Source: Anolis carolinensis (taxonomy: Eukaryota). Taken from it: a stretch of 64,000 nucleotides of DNA. The notes beneath the pieces were generated by a model. The model was not told the DNA's origin. It did no database searches and saw only the letters and a program-made list of their open reading frames with translations. The stretch's first letter is position 1; every line of letters starts with the position of its first letter. The stretch covers positions 228,858,107 to 228,922,106 of the forward strand of contig NC_085844.1 of assembly GCF_035594765.1 (NCBI RefSeq). Direction: 5' to 3'. Made by a program: the position numbers and the translations under genes. Below are positions 50,158 through 63,610 of this stretch, piece by piece.

Positions 50158-50975
50158 CTACATGTAGATAGCCAAAAAAAAAATCATGCTGAATTTTTAT
50201 AACCACAACATTATCCTGCCTTCCTTTAAGAACAAAAGAGCACATATAGAGGCTGACCCATTTTCCCCTGTAAATATAATACACCAAGGATAGGTTTTAG
50301 GGTCAAAATTGTGGATTTTGATAAGACCCATAAATAAGTGAAGGGACATTCCATAGACAGCTGAAGGTCAATAACCTCAGGGAACAGCCACCCTTGGCTG
50401 CCACCATTTCCCCAACCATTCAAAAAAGTTATTCATCACTCTACTCAGAGAAGGAGGTTTCCTTTTTGATCAAAGTTAAGGTGCAGCATTAACCCTTATC
50501 TAAAATGAATCTTCTCCTTCTCTAGGTAGAGTGGCAAAAGGTGGCAGCTTAGTATATCCTGGGAGGACCTAAAAAACAACAACAACACCAATACCACCTA
50601 CTTTCTTGGCACACTTTGACGAGACACCCCCTCCCCCCCAAATGCTATTGCAATGTTTTCCCACCCAAACATTTGAAAAGGCCAGAAACGGTGCCGCAGT
50701 AAAGAAAGTAGCAGGGGTTGGTGCTTCTTTTAGGTTCTCGAGGATGGACTAAGCTTTCACATTTCACCACTCTATTCAGAAAAGGGGATTGTTTCTTTTT
50801 GATAAGAGTTAAGACATTTATATTGAAGTTAGCCCAGGGGTTTGGGAAGAGGGGTGTCAGTTTTTTAATTAAAATTTCTAGACTTATACATGACTATATA
50901 CTGTAGGTCCAAAACTGTAAGCTTAGCACTGGGATGGGTTTCCCAGTTTTATATATGGGCTATTACCAGTAATTA

Positions 50976-51286
50976 CACTATGTAACACGATTTTTGTTCC
51001 TGGGTTATTAATGTCATTTCCTAATTGGTTCAATCACAAAAACATGGAAAAGGTTTATTAAACTGCAAAAACTTTATTTTTGTGGAACATCCTGCAGCAC
51101 ATTATGCTTTGGTTTTTCAATGAATATCTCATCGAGTGTCAACCAATTCAACATAGTTTGTGGCAGCCACAAAAACGATGTTTCTGGAGTATAACAACTA
51201 CTTTCAAAGTAAGTAATGCACAATTTAACATGAAATAACACTTTCAAATCAGGAACAGAACATTTTTCAAATTGTGTTACATAGTA
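50976..51286. mobile_element. Tc1/mariner-type MITE
   Basis: ACTATGTAACAC / GTGTTACATAGT termini; related degraded sequence at ~23645-23830. Confidence 0.7.
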
Positions 51287-51560
51287 TTATTTAGTAGACC
51301 TATTGCAAATGTTTAGTGTTTGTTTATTACATATACAATTACCTATCTACTTTCCAACTGTGTTTGTTTGCTTTTTACTATTTCAAGTTCCTCCAAAGCA
51401 CCATAATATTGTGGTCAATATTTTGAGCAATAAGAAGAGTTATTGCATTGTTCCTTGTTGTCTGGGGTCTGGGGTGGGTTTCCTTGTTCTTTAAAATGCT
51501 CTCCAAAAAGTATTTAAAAAAATAACTGGAAGCATTTTCAAAAAGAAACAAACATTTCTT

Positions 51561-51777
51561 AGGGTTGTTGTATGTTTTCCGGGCTATTTGGCCATGTTCC
51601 AGAAGTATTCTGTCCTGATGTTTTGCCCACATCTATGGCAAGCATCCACAACCTCTGAGGATGCCCACCATAGATGTGGGCAAAACGTCAGGAGAGAATA
51701 CTTCTGGAACATGGTCATACAGCCCAGAAAACATACAACCCTGTGATCCCGGCCATGAAAGCCTTCAACAACACATT
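51561..51777. mobile_element. Penelope solo inverted terminal-repeat pair (hairpin)
   Basis: Two pLTR pieces in inverted orientation; hammerhead cores mutated. Confidence 0.85.
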
Positions 51778-52682
51778 AAACATTTCTTACTATCTCCAAA
51801 CATACATTTTTAGCAGAAGAAAATTGGGGGGGGGGGGACAAGGGCATTTTGGGAAGTTGGAGGTCCCTGGAGGTGCACTGGACTTCCGCACTGGACTTCC
51901 AAACTGGACATATAATTCCCATTTTTCTGTCTTGGGGCACCAGATATAGTTAGCTTACATTCTTAAGGTTGAAAAAGATCATAAGCAATAGTCAGCAAGA
52001 TGTTTTCTCCCACAAAATGTATTTCTCTATTTTAATTATTGGCTATGAAAACTAGTAGGCTAGAAATGCCTCATACAGTTTATTCTCTTTCCTTAAGGTA
52101 AAGGTAAAGGTTTTCCCTGATGTTAAGTCCAGTCATGTCTCTTTTCTTACAAATATTCTAATGGACAATCAGAATTACGTTTTTGAGCCAGTAGATGATA
52201 CTGAAAGGTTACACAATGGTGCCATCTACTGCTCGTAGGTTTCCTCTTTCCTTCATTACATTGCAAGAAGATTTAGTTCAGCCTCCTTCAACCTGTTCTC
52301 CTTAAAGATGAACAAATATATTCTGGCATAATCTACTTGTGATAGAATAGACTGTAGATTGTATAACATAATATATCTGTTGGTTGTTATGGTGCCACAT
52401 GACTTTTTGTTGTTTGACTCCAACAGTCTAACAGTTTCCCTGCAAATACCACTCCTATCAGCCCTAAATGCCCAGTGGTGAGAAATTACACGAGTTACAT
52501 CCAGAAACATCTGGAGAGCTGCAGTTCTCCATTGTTGAATTACGTCCATTTAAGTAGAAGAACAAGAACACCACAAATAAACAACCATATTTAACTGTTA
52601 CTGCAAAACTTAGGAGACCATTAAATCGAGAATCTCCCGGTTTGACACTTCAATATGACAATTCTTGGCCATTAACACCAAC

Positions 52683-52837
52683 CTGCACTCAAGCTGGAAC
52701 GGGCAGCTTTCATCAAAAGACGGTCTAGCTTATAAAACTCATTATATACTTCTAGTGAGTGAGCCTGATCTTTTGTTTGACTAGCGACGTCTTCATAATC
52801 CTTCATTTCATTGCCATAGAGTGTCAGGTATCCAGCT
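52683..52837 (-). CDS. PTGIS: Prostacyclin synthase exon 5 (AGYLTLYGNEMKDYEDVASQTKDQAHSLEVYNEFYKLDRLLMKAARSSLSA)
   Basis: Read manually (absent from ORF track); TTGCAG acceptor, GTTGGT donor, 155 nt, phase 2/1; AGYLTLYG motif. Confidence 0.93.
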
Positions 52838-53148
52838 CTGCAAAGCAGGGAAAGTATTTTTTTAAATGCTTATAATCAAAAGATCAGTCTTGAGCAGATG
52901 TGTTCAAAGTTTGTCAGTACCATTTGCAGACAGATGAAATCACCTCCTTCCTTCTACTCCAGATAGCTTATTTTCAATATCTGATCTGCCTTCCTGGTAT
53001 TTCCTTTTCCTTTTCTTAAACTCCATGACACTGTTGGGAGTTAGGGGTTGACCATAAAGGACCTAGATATTCTTAGAAAGACCATAATTGCAATGTGTAG
53101 TCCTCAGTGGCACTGTCATCTCCTCCTTTTTAGAGGAATGCCACTCAC

Positions 53149-53292
53149 CTGAGCATTGTACTGTAACAAAGGTGAAAGAGGTCCTCCTCTTTCCACTGCC
53201 GACTGGCTATACTTGGGTCATAAAGCAGCACAGTTCGCAAGTTGAAGGACATTGCCTTTGTCAGGGAGGAAAGATTTGGTTTTTGCAGAGTC
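53149..53292 (-). CDS. PTGIS: Prostacyclin synthase exon 4 (TLQKPNLSSLTKAM...FHLCYSTMLR)
   Basis: CCACAG acceptor, GTGAGT donor, 144 nt, phase 2/2. Confidence 0.93.
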
Positions 53293-53540
53293 CTGTGGAA
53301 ACAAAAGGTGTTCCATGAAACTTTAACTTCCTTTCCATTTATACTTCCAGAACTGAGTTTCATCCAATACCTGTTACAAAACATTTCCCAGTTGTGGTGT
53401 TGACATTTTGAAAAATGTCTCATAAAACTACTGTTATGCTGAGCCGTTGTAGGAAAATGCAACCAGCAAGGAGGAGGAAGTAATGTTAGGATCCTACATC
53501 TAAGTTTCTGGTGATTAATTTTGAGATGACAGAGCTATAA

Positions 53541-53683
53541 CATCATAGAATAATTATAGAATAATAGAGCTGGAAGAGACCACATGGGCCATTTAGTCCA
53601 ACCCTGTGCAAAGCAGGAAAAGCACAATCAAAGTACCCTGACAGATGGCCATCCAGCCTCTGTTTAAAAGCCTCCAAGGAAGC
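53541..53683 (-). mobile_element. CR1 3' tail fragment
   Basis: Matches 11059-11190. Confidence 0.85.
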
Positions 53684-54830
53684 TATGTTTCTGTAATGAT
53701 AGCCAACCAGGCATATATTCCCACCTTGGTCTTACAGGATTGCCCATGACATGCTTGGAACTCATAAAAATGTTATATGGATATTTTATGATTTGGTAAT
53801 TATCTTATTAAAACCAGACAATAAAAACAATATCGAGTGCTGCCTTATTCTGTCATACTGGTCTACTGAGGCCAGTTCTGTCAACACTGAGTGGCAGCTC
53901 TCCTTTAAGGTTTCTGAATCTCTCCTACCTGGAGTTGCTAGCCTGGGATCCTGTGCCCTCTCTCTCTCCCTCTCTCCCTCAGCTACAGCCCTTCCAAAGA
54001 GGTATCTGTCCTTTCAAATTGCTTGAATTAGCCTTTCCATGATTTGTAAAGCTGTGGAGGGGAGGATGTGAATAAACAGCCACTTATGTCAATGTTTATC
54101 AGTTTGAATAGTCTTGGAAAACAATTTTTGCTGTCTCAAGTAGCTGAACCACGTCGTCCAAGAGTGACCCTCGAATCTCTTGCCAAGTTGCACATAATAT
54201 TGGCTGTGTTTCTCTGGTAACTTGCTTCTTTTACTTACAGCTCTAAACTATTTTTGCCGGCCCAGAGAAATGGGTCAGCCACAGTTACTCCCAGTGGAAA
54301 TTGTTCTTTCTTGCAGCTTTCAACTAATCGCTGATACAAATCTGTTGACCCAACATAAGGCTGTTACCAAGAACCACATAGATATTCTGCAGCCCACTCC
54401 TGTATTCCTGGACTTGTATATATACTTTTCAGGTGTATATATCCTTTTCGCGATAGTCCCCTCACCCTTTAAATGTACCTTTCTCTGTGGCAGTTTTGTT
54501 TTCCTTTCATTTGTCAACATAAACTCCAAAGTCTGCCAAATTCTGCTCTCCAATAGCTTTCTCTTCCCACTCCCCCCATAACACAATCTGTTTTAAAGGA
54601 TTTAATGAAGTTTGTAGCTACACAAAAGATTTTTAAAGCATGAGTTAATAAAAACAGACACATTTAAAAGTACAAAATTCAAACAGGAAGATTCTTTTTT
54701 AAAAAGCAACAAACTGCTGTAAAGCTAGGCTGGTTTTTTAAAATATTGTTTTGGTAAGGAACCTTACATGATGTAATAGAATCAACACCATATGCTATTT
54801 TCAGATATATCGCAGCATAGACTTATTAGA

Positions 54831-55158
54831 GGAGCCCCCGGTGGCGCAGCAGATTAAACTGCTGAGATGCTGAATTTGCTAACCGAAAGGTTCGCGGTTC
54901 GGGGAGCGAGGTGAGCTACCGCTGTTAGCCCCAGTTTCTGCCAACCTAGCAGCTCGAAAACATGCAAATGTGAGTAAATCAATAGGTACCACTTTGGTGG
55001 GAAGGTAATGGCACTCCATGCAGTCATACCAGCCACATGACCTTGGAGGTGCCTACAGACAATGTCAGCTCTTCGGCTTAGAAATGGAGATGAACACCAA
55101 CCCCCAGAGTCAGACACAACTAGACTTAATGTCAGGGGAAAACCTTTACCTTTATCTT
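54831..55158 (+). mobile_element. Sauria SINE, full length
   Basis: GGAGCCCCCGGTGGCGCAG head, (ACCTTT)n tail. Confidence 0.92.
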
Positions 55159-55490
55159 AAACTTATTTTTGCACATGTTCTTGTTATGTGCCTTCAAGTT
55201 GTTTCCAACAAAGATGGGAGGAACCCAAGGACACGGTCATGTGTTAACTTGGCTGCTCCTAATGGACTCTAGGACCACAAAAACCTTCAATAAAACCATT
55301 TTCTTTTGTTGTGGGGCATCTACAAGGACCACTGTGTTGTCCGTGGGCCACACAATGCTAACCCCTGATGTAGATAAACATATGAATCATTTTTTTGTCC
55401 AGTGTCATGATTAAAATAAGATATTGATTAATTTTGTGGTGTCAGGCCATATTGCCAATGATCTTCCATCTAAGAGCTACACTTACTTAC

Positions 55491-55669
55491 ATTCTTAACA
55501 TGGCCTTTTCTTCATTGGGGTCATATTCTGGGAGTCTGACATCAAACATTCGGTCCATTAAAATGCGTGCATATGGGTTGAAGTCCAACTTGGAGCGAGA
55601 TTCCCAAAGCACCACATCATATGAGAGGGGATCCAATAAGATGGTGATAAATTTGCCTGCAGCTTGAAC
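55491..55669 (-). CDS. PTGIS: Prostacyclin synthase exon 3 (VQAAGKFITILLDPLSYDVVLWE...EKAMLR)
   Basis: TTTAAG acceptor, GTAAGT donor, 179 nt, phase 0/2. Confidence 0.95.
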
Positions 55670-56484
55670 CTTAAATACAAAAAAAAGGAAAATAAAGAAA
55701 AAAATTAAATTAATGTAAGCCAATGAATTTTAAATTGACTCTGACTTTAGGAAGGTTGTGCTTAAGTCAAGTCGCTTTCCATTTATATTTTGAATAGGTA
55801 GGTTTTTTTTTCTCAAGAACCACAAACTAAACAATTACAATGGGGGTGATAAAACTCAGGAAGTAATTGCTATACTCATTCTCAAATAGGTTCTGAAATT
55901 AACCAATATGATTTTGTTGCAAATGATTCAGTTAATGAAAGACTGTGTTGAGTAACAATGACATCTAAATCTATTCAGGAAGAGATTATGTAAGTCTCCA
56001 TAACACTATGGCTTACACTTACACTAATGTGGGAAAGATCCATGTGATTCTGTGTGACTGATACTTTTATGCCTCAACAAAATAATGAGAAAAATTATGG
56101 ACAAGAACTGGCTTTGGAGACAAAGCGATGGTACTAAGATCATGTTAGCAAATGGCAAGGTCATCAAATGATGGATATTAGTTTGAAAAAGGAGAAGCAT
56201 CTACACCTAATGTAGGGAAAGTGTCCAGAGTTCAGCTGAGAATTGTCTCATTCCATAGGTTCTTGTTCTTTTCATTTTCTTTGAGATATTATTTATTTAA
56301 AATGTATCCTCACTTTTGAGAAATCCAGCAAACAGAATGTGGAGAAAGCATTTTTGGAGTCCAACCTCCCACTGGGTGAATGCGTTTGTCTGTGTTAACC
56401 CAAATTAGCTCCCTGTATTGTGTAGCCCTCACAAAGGTGATTCACCCCACTTTGGGATAATGAGTCAGTATAGATGTGCCCCTA

Positions 56485-56815
56485 AAGTTGGAAAGGGTCA
56501 CAAAAATCATCTAGTCCAACACTGTGCCATGCAGGAATACACTGCTAAAGCACTCCTTAAAAATGCCCATACAGCTCTGTCTAAAACCGCCAAAGAAGGA
56601 GAATTTACCACCTTCTAAATGAGGTCTATTTCATTATCAAAGTGTTCTTACAGTTAAAAAAATCAAATTTTAAGTGGTATTTCTTTCTCTTTTTTTGTAA
56701 TTTGAATCCATTGGTTGCTGTTTTGTTATCTGGAGCACCAGAAAACAAGTTCACTCCATCCTCTCCCTGACAACAGATATTTAAAGGTGGATATCATGTG
56801 TCTTCTCAACATTTT
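56485..56815 (-). mobile_element. CR1 3' fragment, old
   Basis: Degraded match to 11059-11420. Confidence 0.65.
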
Positions 56816-58241
56816 TGCTACTAGACAGTCTAGAAATAATGCAAATGTATACACATAAATGAGTCATCTGAAGGAGCTTTTCCTATAACAGGAGGTATGG
56901 ATTTATTTTTCTCTGAAGAATGAGCAACAGGAGATTGCAAAAAACAGTTGTCTAAACATAGAAGCTGAATGTTGTTTTGAAGAGCCACAGCTGCTTTGTG
57001 ACCTGCCAAAGAAATATGACACAGAAGCTATTCTTGTGAGCCATCTTGGATAGAAAGCTTTTCACAGTGAAGGTTGCCAGGTCACAATCTGGAGATCATA
57101 CCTGCCTGCTTTAAAGCTGTAATTCAGGATGCAGCTGCTCAACCTTGTCCCACCCTGTTCCTTCAAGTGATCCCTTGGTACACCCTCATCTCCTGTCCAC
57201 TGGGAGGCACAATGAGAACTATGCTTGCCATAGTAGTCCCAATTCTGGGCGGAGAGGCAGCATACAAATGAATGAAATAATAATAAATAAGGGCTGCAAT
57301 TCTAAATCACGATCTATGTTGTGTATTTTAATGCATACCTAGCTACATAGCAGAGGTACTACAGAACCCTCTTAGTGAATTGTGAAGATATGTATAAAGG
57401 CACCGGGGAGAGCACTCCTAGCCAGATTGGGCATTGGTCATGCCTGATTCACATTGGTGCCTGTTGTGTATTGGTTCAAATGCACAATGGTAATTTTGCT
57501 TACTCCCCTAAATAGTAATGTCATGGAAGCCTCTTGCCGAATATACATTGAGCAAAACTGTTCCTGTCTCTTTCCTGCAGATGCAAGCCCACTTACATAC
57601 AAGTAAGTTCCCTAATGAAATCCAAGAATAATCACAAGCAGGAGGAGATGTGTATGGGAAAGTAACGCATAGAGGAGCTCAAGGGGATCAATTGCATTTT
57701 CTCCTGCTATTATGGTCAGCAAATTGGCTGTTGGGAGGCTTGATTCATCCTATTTGAATTATTCATTCCTTCATTCATGAAAATATTGATGACTGATTAA
57801 AATATCCTGCCCTCTATCTAAACATCTCAAGGTAATGTACAATAAAACCAACCTGATGAATTAAAAATAAGTTAAAAAGTTAAGAATGAACAAGTTATCT
57901 AGTTGTTGTTTTTTTAAAAAAAAATCACTATAACAGGTTAATATAATTTTGAAAATGCATAACTATGTACATTTTAGGATTAGGGCAAAAAACAAAATCA
58001 ATTAGGCTTCACAAACCAAAGGAGTAGCTACATTTTCACTTGATGCCAAAATGAAAACATACATAGTTGGCACCAATCAGGTCTGCAAGGGGAAGGTATT
58101 CCATAATTGGGATGCCACAGCAGTGAAAGTTACTTTTTGGACTACAGCTCCCAGAATCCTCTCATGAACATGGGAGAAGTGCCATCCTGGTTTGGGATTT
58201 TTGAGGATTATAATCCAAAAAAGAAAGTTTTCCAAATGTCA

Positions 58242-58436
<195 letters not shown>

Positions 58437-59058
58437 TCACTACATTGTTGTTTAAAACTTTCAGAATCTTTCATAAATAGCACCAAATTTAACAATGTAA
58501 CAAAAAAAATCACAGGAAAATAACTACAATTATAATGAAAAGGGGGAATCAGCAGTGATCCATAATATATATTTTCAAAAATAAAGACTGCTGGTTGAAA
58601 TACACAGCCAAGATATCTTAGTAATAGGTTAAGCATATGTCCTAGGTTATGCAGACAACCCTCCACTTGAAGGTTTCCTGTTTCAACAACTGTCCAGTTC
58701 AAGTCCAGTATAAAGATAAACACAAAAAAAGAAAGCAAGGAGTCTTGAAACTAACCACTAATACTTTTCTTCACTTATAACCTCATCACACTGGGGCAAT
58801 TGCCCCTTTTTCAAATTGTCCCCACTTTGGGGATGGGGCCTGCCAGGCACCCCAAAGTGCCGAGATGTTTCCTTGGCCATGGCAAAAGGCAAGGTAACGC
58901 CATCAGAACTACCCACTTTTTTTGTCCTTTTCCCCATCTGATGGGGACAGGGACAGGGTGCCAACACCTTGTCCCATTGAATATGTTGTGATGTATGGTT
59001 TTATTAATGGAAATTATAATAATTGGCCAATATGATTTATCAGCAACTTTGTTAAGTA

Positions 59059-59295
59059 CAGTGGACCCTTGGTATCTGCTGCAGTTTGGTGCCAGGGCCC
59101 CACATAAATACCAAATCTATGGATGCTTCAGTCCCATTATATACAATAGCATAGTAAAATTGTGACAAACAAAATGGCAAAATCAAAGTTTGCTTTTGAG
59201 ATTTTTTTTTTTTTGTGGGGGTGAATGTGAATATTTTCAAGCCATGGATGTTGAATCTGTGGATGCAGAATTCATGAATACAGATGTCTAACTGT
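59059..59295. mobile_element. Old Tigger-like MITE
   Basis: TA-CAGT...ACTG-TA termini. Confidence 0.6.
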
Positions 59296-59311
59296 ATACT
59301 ACTACTACTAC

Positions 59312-59312
<1 letters not shown>

Positions 59313-59357
<45 letters not shown>

Positions 59358-60246
59358 TTTATTTTTGTACCCCGCCACCATCTCCCCAGAGGGACTCGGG
59401 GCGGCTTACAGATATAAAACCAGCATATAGTAATATCAAATACAAAAACACACAAATAAATTTAAAAGGCATTAAAATCACAATCATTGTAAAACACATG
59501 AAAAACACAGCAATAAAAACATAAAATGAGCTGGGCAAAGTGCACTGAGTGGAACTTGTAAACAAGAAGGAAGTTAAGGTGCTACAAGGTCATGGGAAGA
59601 GCCTTAAACTGGGGTGAACTCTGAGGCTATGTCAAGGAGTTAACCAACAGGTACAACTGGTCAGAAGAAACTGCTAGTACAAGGGTTTAGCATACAGTGG
59701 GCGGTACTTCTTCAAAGGCCTGTTTGAAGAGCCAGGCTTCCAAGGTGGCAGCTTGCCTAATTTCCCTGGGGAGCTCGTTCCAGAGCCGAGGGGCCGCCAC
59801 AGAGAAGGCCCTCTCCCTCGTCCCCACCAACCGCGTTTGTGACGGAGGCGGAAGCGAGAGGAGGGCCTCCCCCGATGAACGAAGAGATTGTGCGGGTTCA
59901 TAGGGGGAGATGCGGTCAGAAAGGTAAGTGGGTCCCAAACCGTTCAGGGCTTTGTAGGTCAACACCTGCACCTTGAATTGGGTCCGGAAGGTGAACGGCA
60001 GCCAGTGGAACTCCTTAAACAGGGGAGTAGACCGTTCCCTGTAATTCGCTCCTGTTAGGATCCTGGCTGCCTCCCGCTGAACTAGTTGGAGTTTCCGGGC
60101 CGTCTTCAAAGGCAGCCCCACGTAGAGTGCGTTGCAATAATCCAATCTAGAGGTAACTAAGGCATGGACCACCGTAGCCAGATCAGACTTCACGAGGTAT
60201 GGTCGCAACTGGCGCACAAGTTTTAGTTGTGCAAAGACCCTCCCGG
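59313..60246 (-). mobile_element. L2 LINE 3' portion, young, with (TAA)n tail
   Basis: 176-aa ORF VVHALVTSRLDYCNALYVGLP...HWLP...APRLWNELP; CpGs retained. Confidence 0.93.
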
Positions 60247-62871
60247 TTTTATTACTGAAAATTATAGTAATTGTTTAGTTTTTGGTTGTTTTAGTAATTA
60301 TGATACAGAATACCGGCCTTACTATAATTTTCATTAGTAAAACTAAGTAACCTCTCCTGACAAACTGGATCAAAACATGCTCTGATAGCCAACATACAGG
60401 ACCTCCTTTTCCACTTGCTGCTAATGTCTAGTAATTGAGACTAAATAACTATTATGAATATCCAACAGTTATATAACTTCATTCTGCAATCAACTGAAGG
60501 ATGGGTGAATTACATTTCCATTAGGTTTGGTGGTGTGTCAGACCAAGAGTGACTTTGTCCCCCATCCCCCAACCTTACTGTTCACATTATCACCATAACC
60601 ACTTTTTCCCCATTTCTATTCACACACACAGTCTGCCTATAAAGGTCTGTTCCTAGAAAAGTCCATGTATCTATGGAGACAAGCTTACCACTTCATCACA
60701 TAGGGCTTTTTTTTTTTTGCCTTCCTAGGACACTTCCCCACCAGTCCAGTGATGGATGGGCATGCTGCCCATCACACAACATTGCTGGACTTCCAGCAGA
60801 GACCCCACCACAACCAAAGTAGAACCATCCTAGGAAGCTTCCCTCCAAATATGAGAGCCTGCCTGTGATCTGTGCCACTCTGGCAATGCTTCCCCCATGT
60901 GATGGAGTCGCCCCTCATCCCTGAGATCCCTGTCATTTTGCAATGGAGGCCGGTAAAATGGCACGGTGGGGGAGGTCCCCCATGAAATCCTTAGTTTACA
61001 AAATATTTTGCTACCAACGGTATTTCAAGATCCCTTTGCATTCAACATTCTTAGTATTAATAATATTATTGATGGATGTCAAATAAGCTTCAAAAGAATC
61101 CTAAGATTCCTCAAAACCGAGTTTGAAACCCTCGGTACATGGATACAGATAATTATGATGCTGGGAATATATTATATGATAGATGCAAGGTGATTTTTAT
61201 TTTGCTTGCAAATTTTTACTAAAGTAGGATGCCAGCTGTTTATTAAAAGTATGTTTTTGGGAGAGAGATGACTGAAAGATGTTGCTGTAGCATGACCAAG
61301 TATCCGAAGGGGAAAGAGAAAAGTAAATTTTTTGTGTTGGTCTTGCCACAAATAGCTGTCAAGCAATGCTTTTACTGTGCAATTGCCCTACCTCAGTCAT
61401 ATAATTTTATATAACCAGGACTCCTCCAGCCAACCCACAGCAAGGAGAGGTCTGCAAGCTTTTAGAAAATCTAATTTGCAGAAATTAAAAACAAAAAACA
61501 AACAAAAATATTTAGAAATGTATTTAGTGACCATGAAATACTATTTTAAGAGGCAAGGGAGTGAGATGGGTAAATGAACGGAACGGCATATTGTGGAAGA
61601 AGACAGCAATAGGAAATATAAACAATAGAATTGCAAAGTTCAGTGTGGGACATTACTCTTATAGCTTTAATAGTTATCATCCCAAAACAGGAAGACATGG
61701 CACATCAGCCATGGATTATCTCCTTGCTCTGCCTCCCCTTTCTGCAGTTGTATCCTGCTCTCCCTCCTATAACCATTATTGGCTTAAGGAGAGCAGGAGA
61801 AAAAGAAGAAACCTGGGTGTCACCAGAGTGGCACTGTTCTCCAAAGAACACCCCACCCCATGAAATTTTCATTCTGTCCCAAAATATATAGCACTGAAAT
61901 AATGTAACACTTCACTTGAGCATTTAGAAATATAGTATACGGATCTCAAGAAAAGGAAGGCAAAGTAGAGATCTACTGTGGCCCCCAGCAGCTGCTGCAT
62001 GGCAGTTGCCCTCATGCCAAATATTAGGCCCTCCTATGTGAAGAACAACCAATGATTAAATCTGAGTTGTCAACTGTTGCCTTCCCTCTCAGCTTAAAGA
62101 TGCAATCTTACTGTGAGCCAATCTTAATTCTGTGTTTTCCTATTTCTGAAGTCATAGATTTTTGTTAGAAAGCGTGACAGAAATGGAAATCAGCATTTCC
62201 ATTAATCAAAATCTAGCTGGCCACATAGTATTTTTTTGCAGACCAACCACTTTGTTTATATATGCTGTGGGCTGATTTATTCTAAAAGTGGACAAGCAGG
62301 GTGACGTCTTGTCTCCAAAATCTTCCTGTGAATTTGAAACTGAGAAGTTAAAAATAAAATATTGCAAAAGGTGTTTATTGTTTTCCATGGGATTTCAAAG
62401 CTCTGTAGGTCTTTTCAGCTGCGTTTGTGATAGTTACTTAATACTTATCCATCACCAGAAATGAGCTGATCCTCCAAGTGGGACAAATGGTGACATAATG
62501 GGAAATAATGCAAATAGGCAGCTTATGTTCTTGGTTACTTAGTCTGTCCAAATTTATGGTTTTTGATATAACTCATGGATAAGTTGAGGATCCTTCCATG
62601 GAGAGGGGAGAGCACCAATGTCAACTTAGGGAGTCAAATATCCTTGGCAGTTGCCACAATTTTCCCATCAAGTTATTTTAAAAGTCCAAAAGCAACACCA
62701 TAGTGGAGACAGTAGAAAGGGTCTTTTAGGTTCTTCTGGGATACACTAAGTTCTTGCCTTTTGCCACTCTATTCAGTCCTTTTTTTGATAAGAGTTAAAG
62801 TAAAGTACTTTTACGGGTAAGTCCATCCAGGTTTTTGAGATTGATCTTTTTTTGGCTAAATAGGTTACACT

Positions 62872-63276
62872 GAGGAACCTCCAGGCTTTGAAAAAACAAA
62901 CAAACATCTGATATGCACATTTTAAATTAAAATCACCTGTCAGATTGAAAATTTGATTAAAATGCTCCTTGAGAAGAGGTTAGCCCATGAAAAGGCTGAT
63001 AGATGCCTTTATTCAAGATACAAAGACAACAAGTGGACATTTATTTTGACCTATGTTGAGGATCTGATAATTTCCGGTGGGAAAAGACAAAACAGTGATG
63101 ATATCATAGAAAAAGTATGTAAGAAAATAGAAGTGAAGCAATGACGATACATTACATATTATCTAGGAATACAGATTGAAAGAAAAGATATGTGAAGACA
63201 ACCAAGGATGCTTAAATGTCTCTCAGATATAGGAGATCAGTCCTCATCTTAAACATGTTGACTTAAAGTATCATGA
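62872..63276 (+). mobile_element. Ty1/Copia pol remnant (RT plus RNase H pieces)
   Basis: EPPGFE, ADRCLY, ILTYVEDLII, YYLGIQI, EDNQGC and KHVDLKYH motifs in Copia order with stops, frameshifts and deletions. Confidence 0.8.
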
Positions 63277-63610
63277 AATGGAAATCCAACCCCAAATAGG
63301 GAGACAAGTTGTCCAGGAACACCTGGCGCCTCTAAATGAATTCAAGTCCCCAGGGCCAGATCAGCTACATCCAAGAGTATTGAAGGAACTAGCTGAGGTT
63401 ATTTCAGAACCACAGGCAATTATCTTCGGGAGTTCTTGGAGAACAGGAGAAGTCCCAGAAGATTGGAGAAGGGCAAATGTGGTCCCTATCTTCAAGAAGG
63501 GAAAAAAGAACGACCCAAACAATTACCGTCCAGTCAGCCTTACATCGATACCAGGCAAGATTCTGGAAAAGATCATTAAGGAAGTGGTCTGCAAACACTT
63601 AGAAACAAAT
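63277..63610 (+). mobile_element. CR1 RT N-terminal fragment
   Basis: KSPGPDQLHPRVLKELA...WRRANVVPIFKKGKKNDPNNYRPVSLTSIPGKILEKII. Confidence 0.92.
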
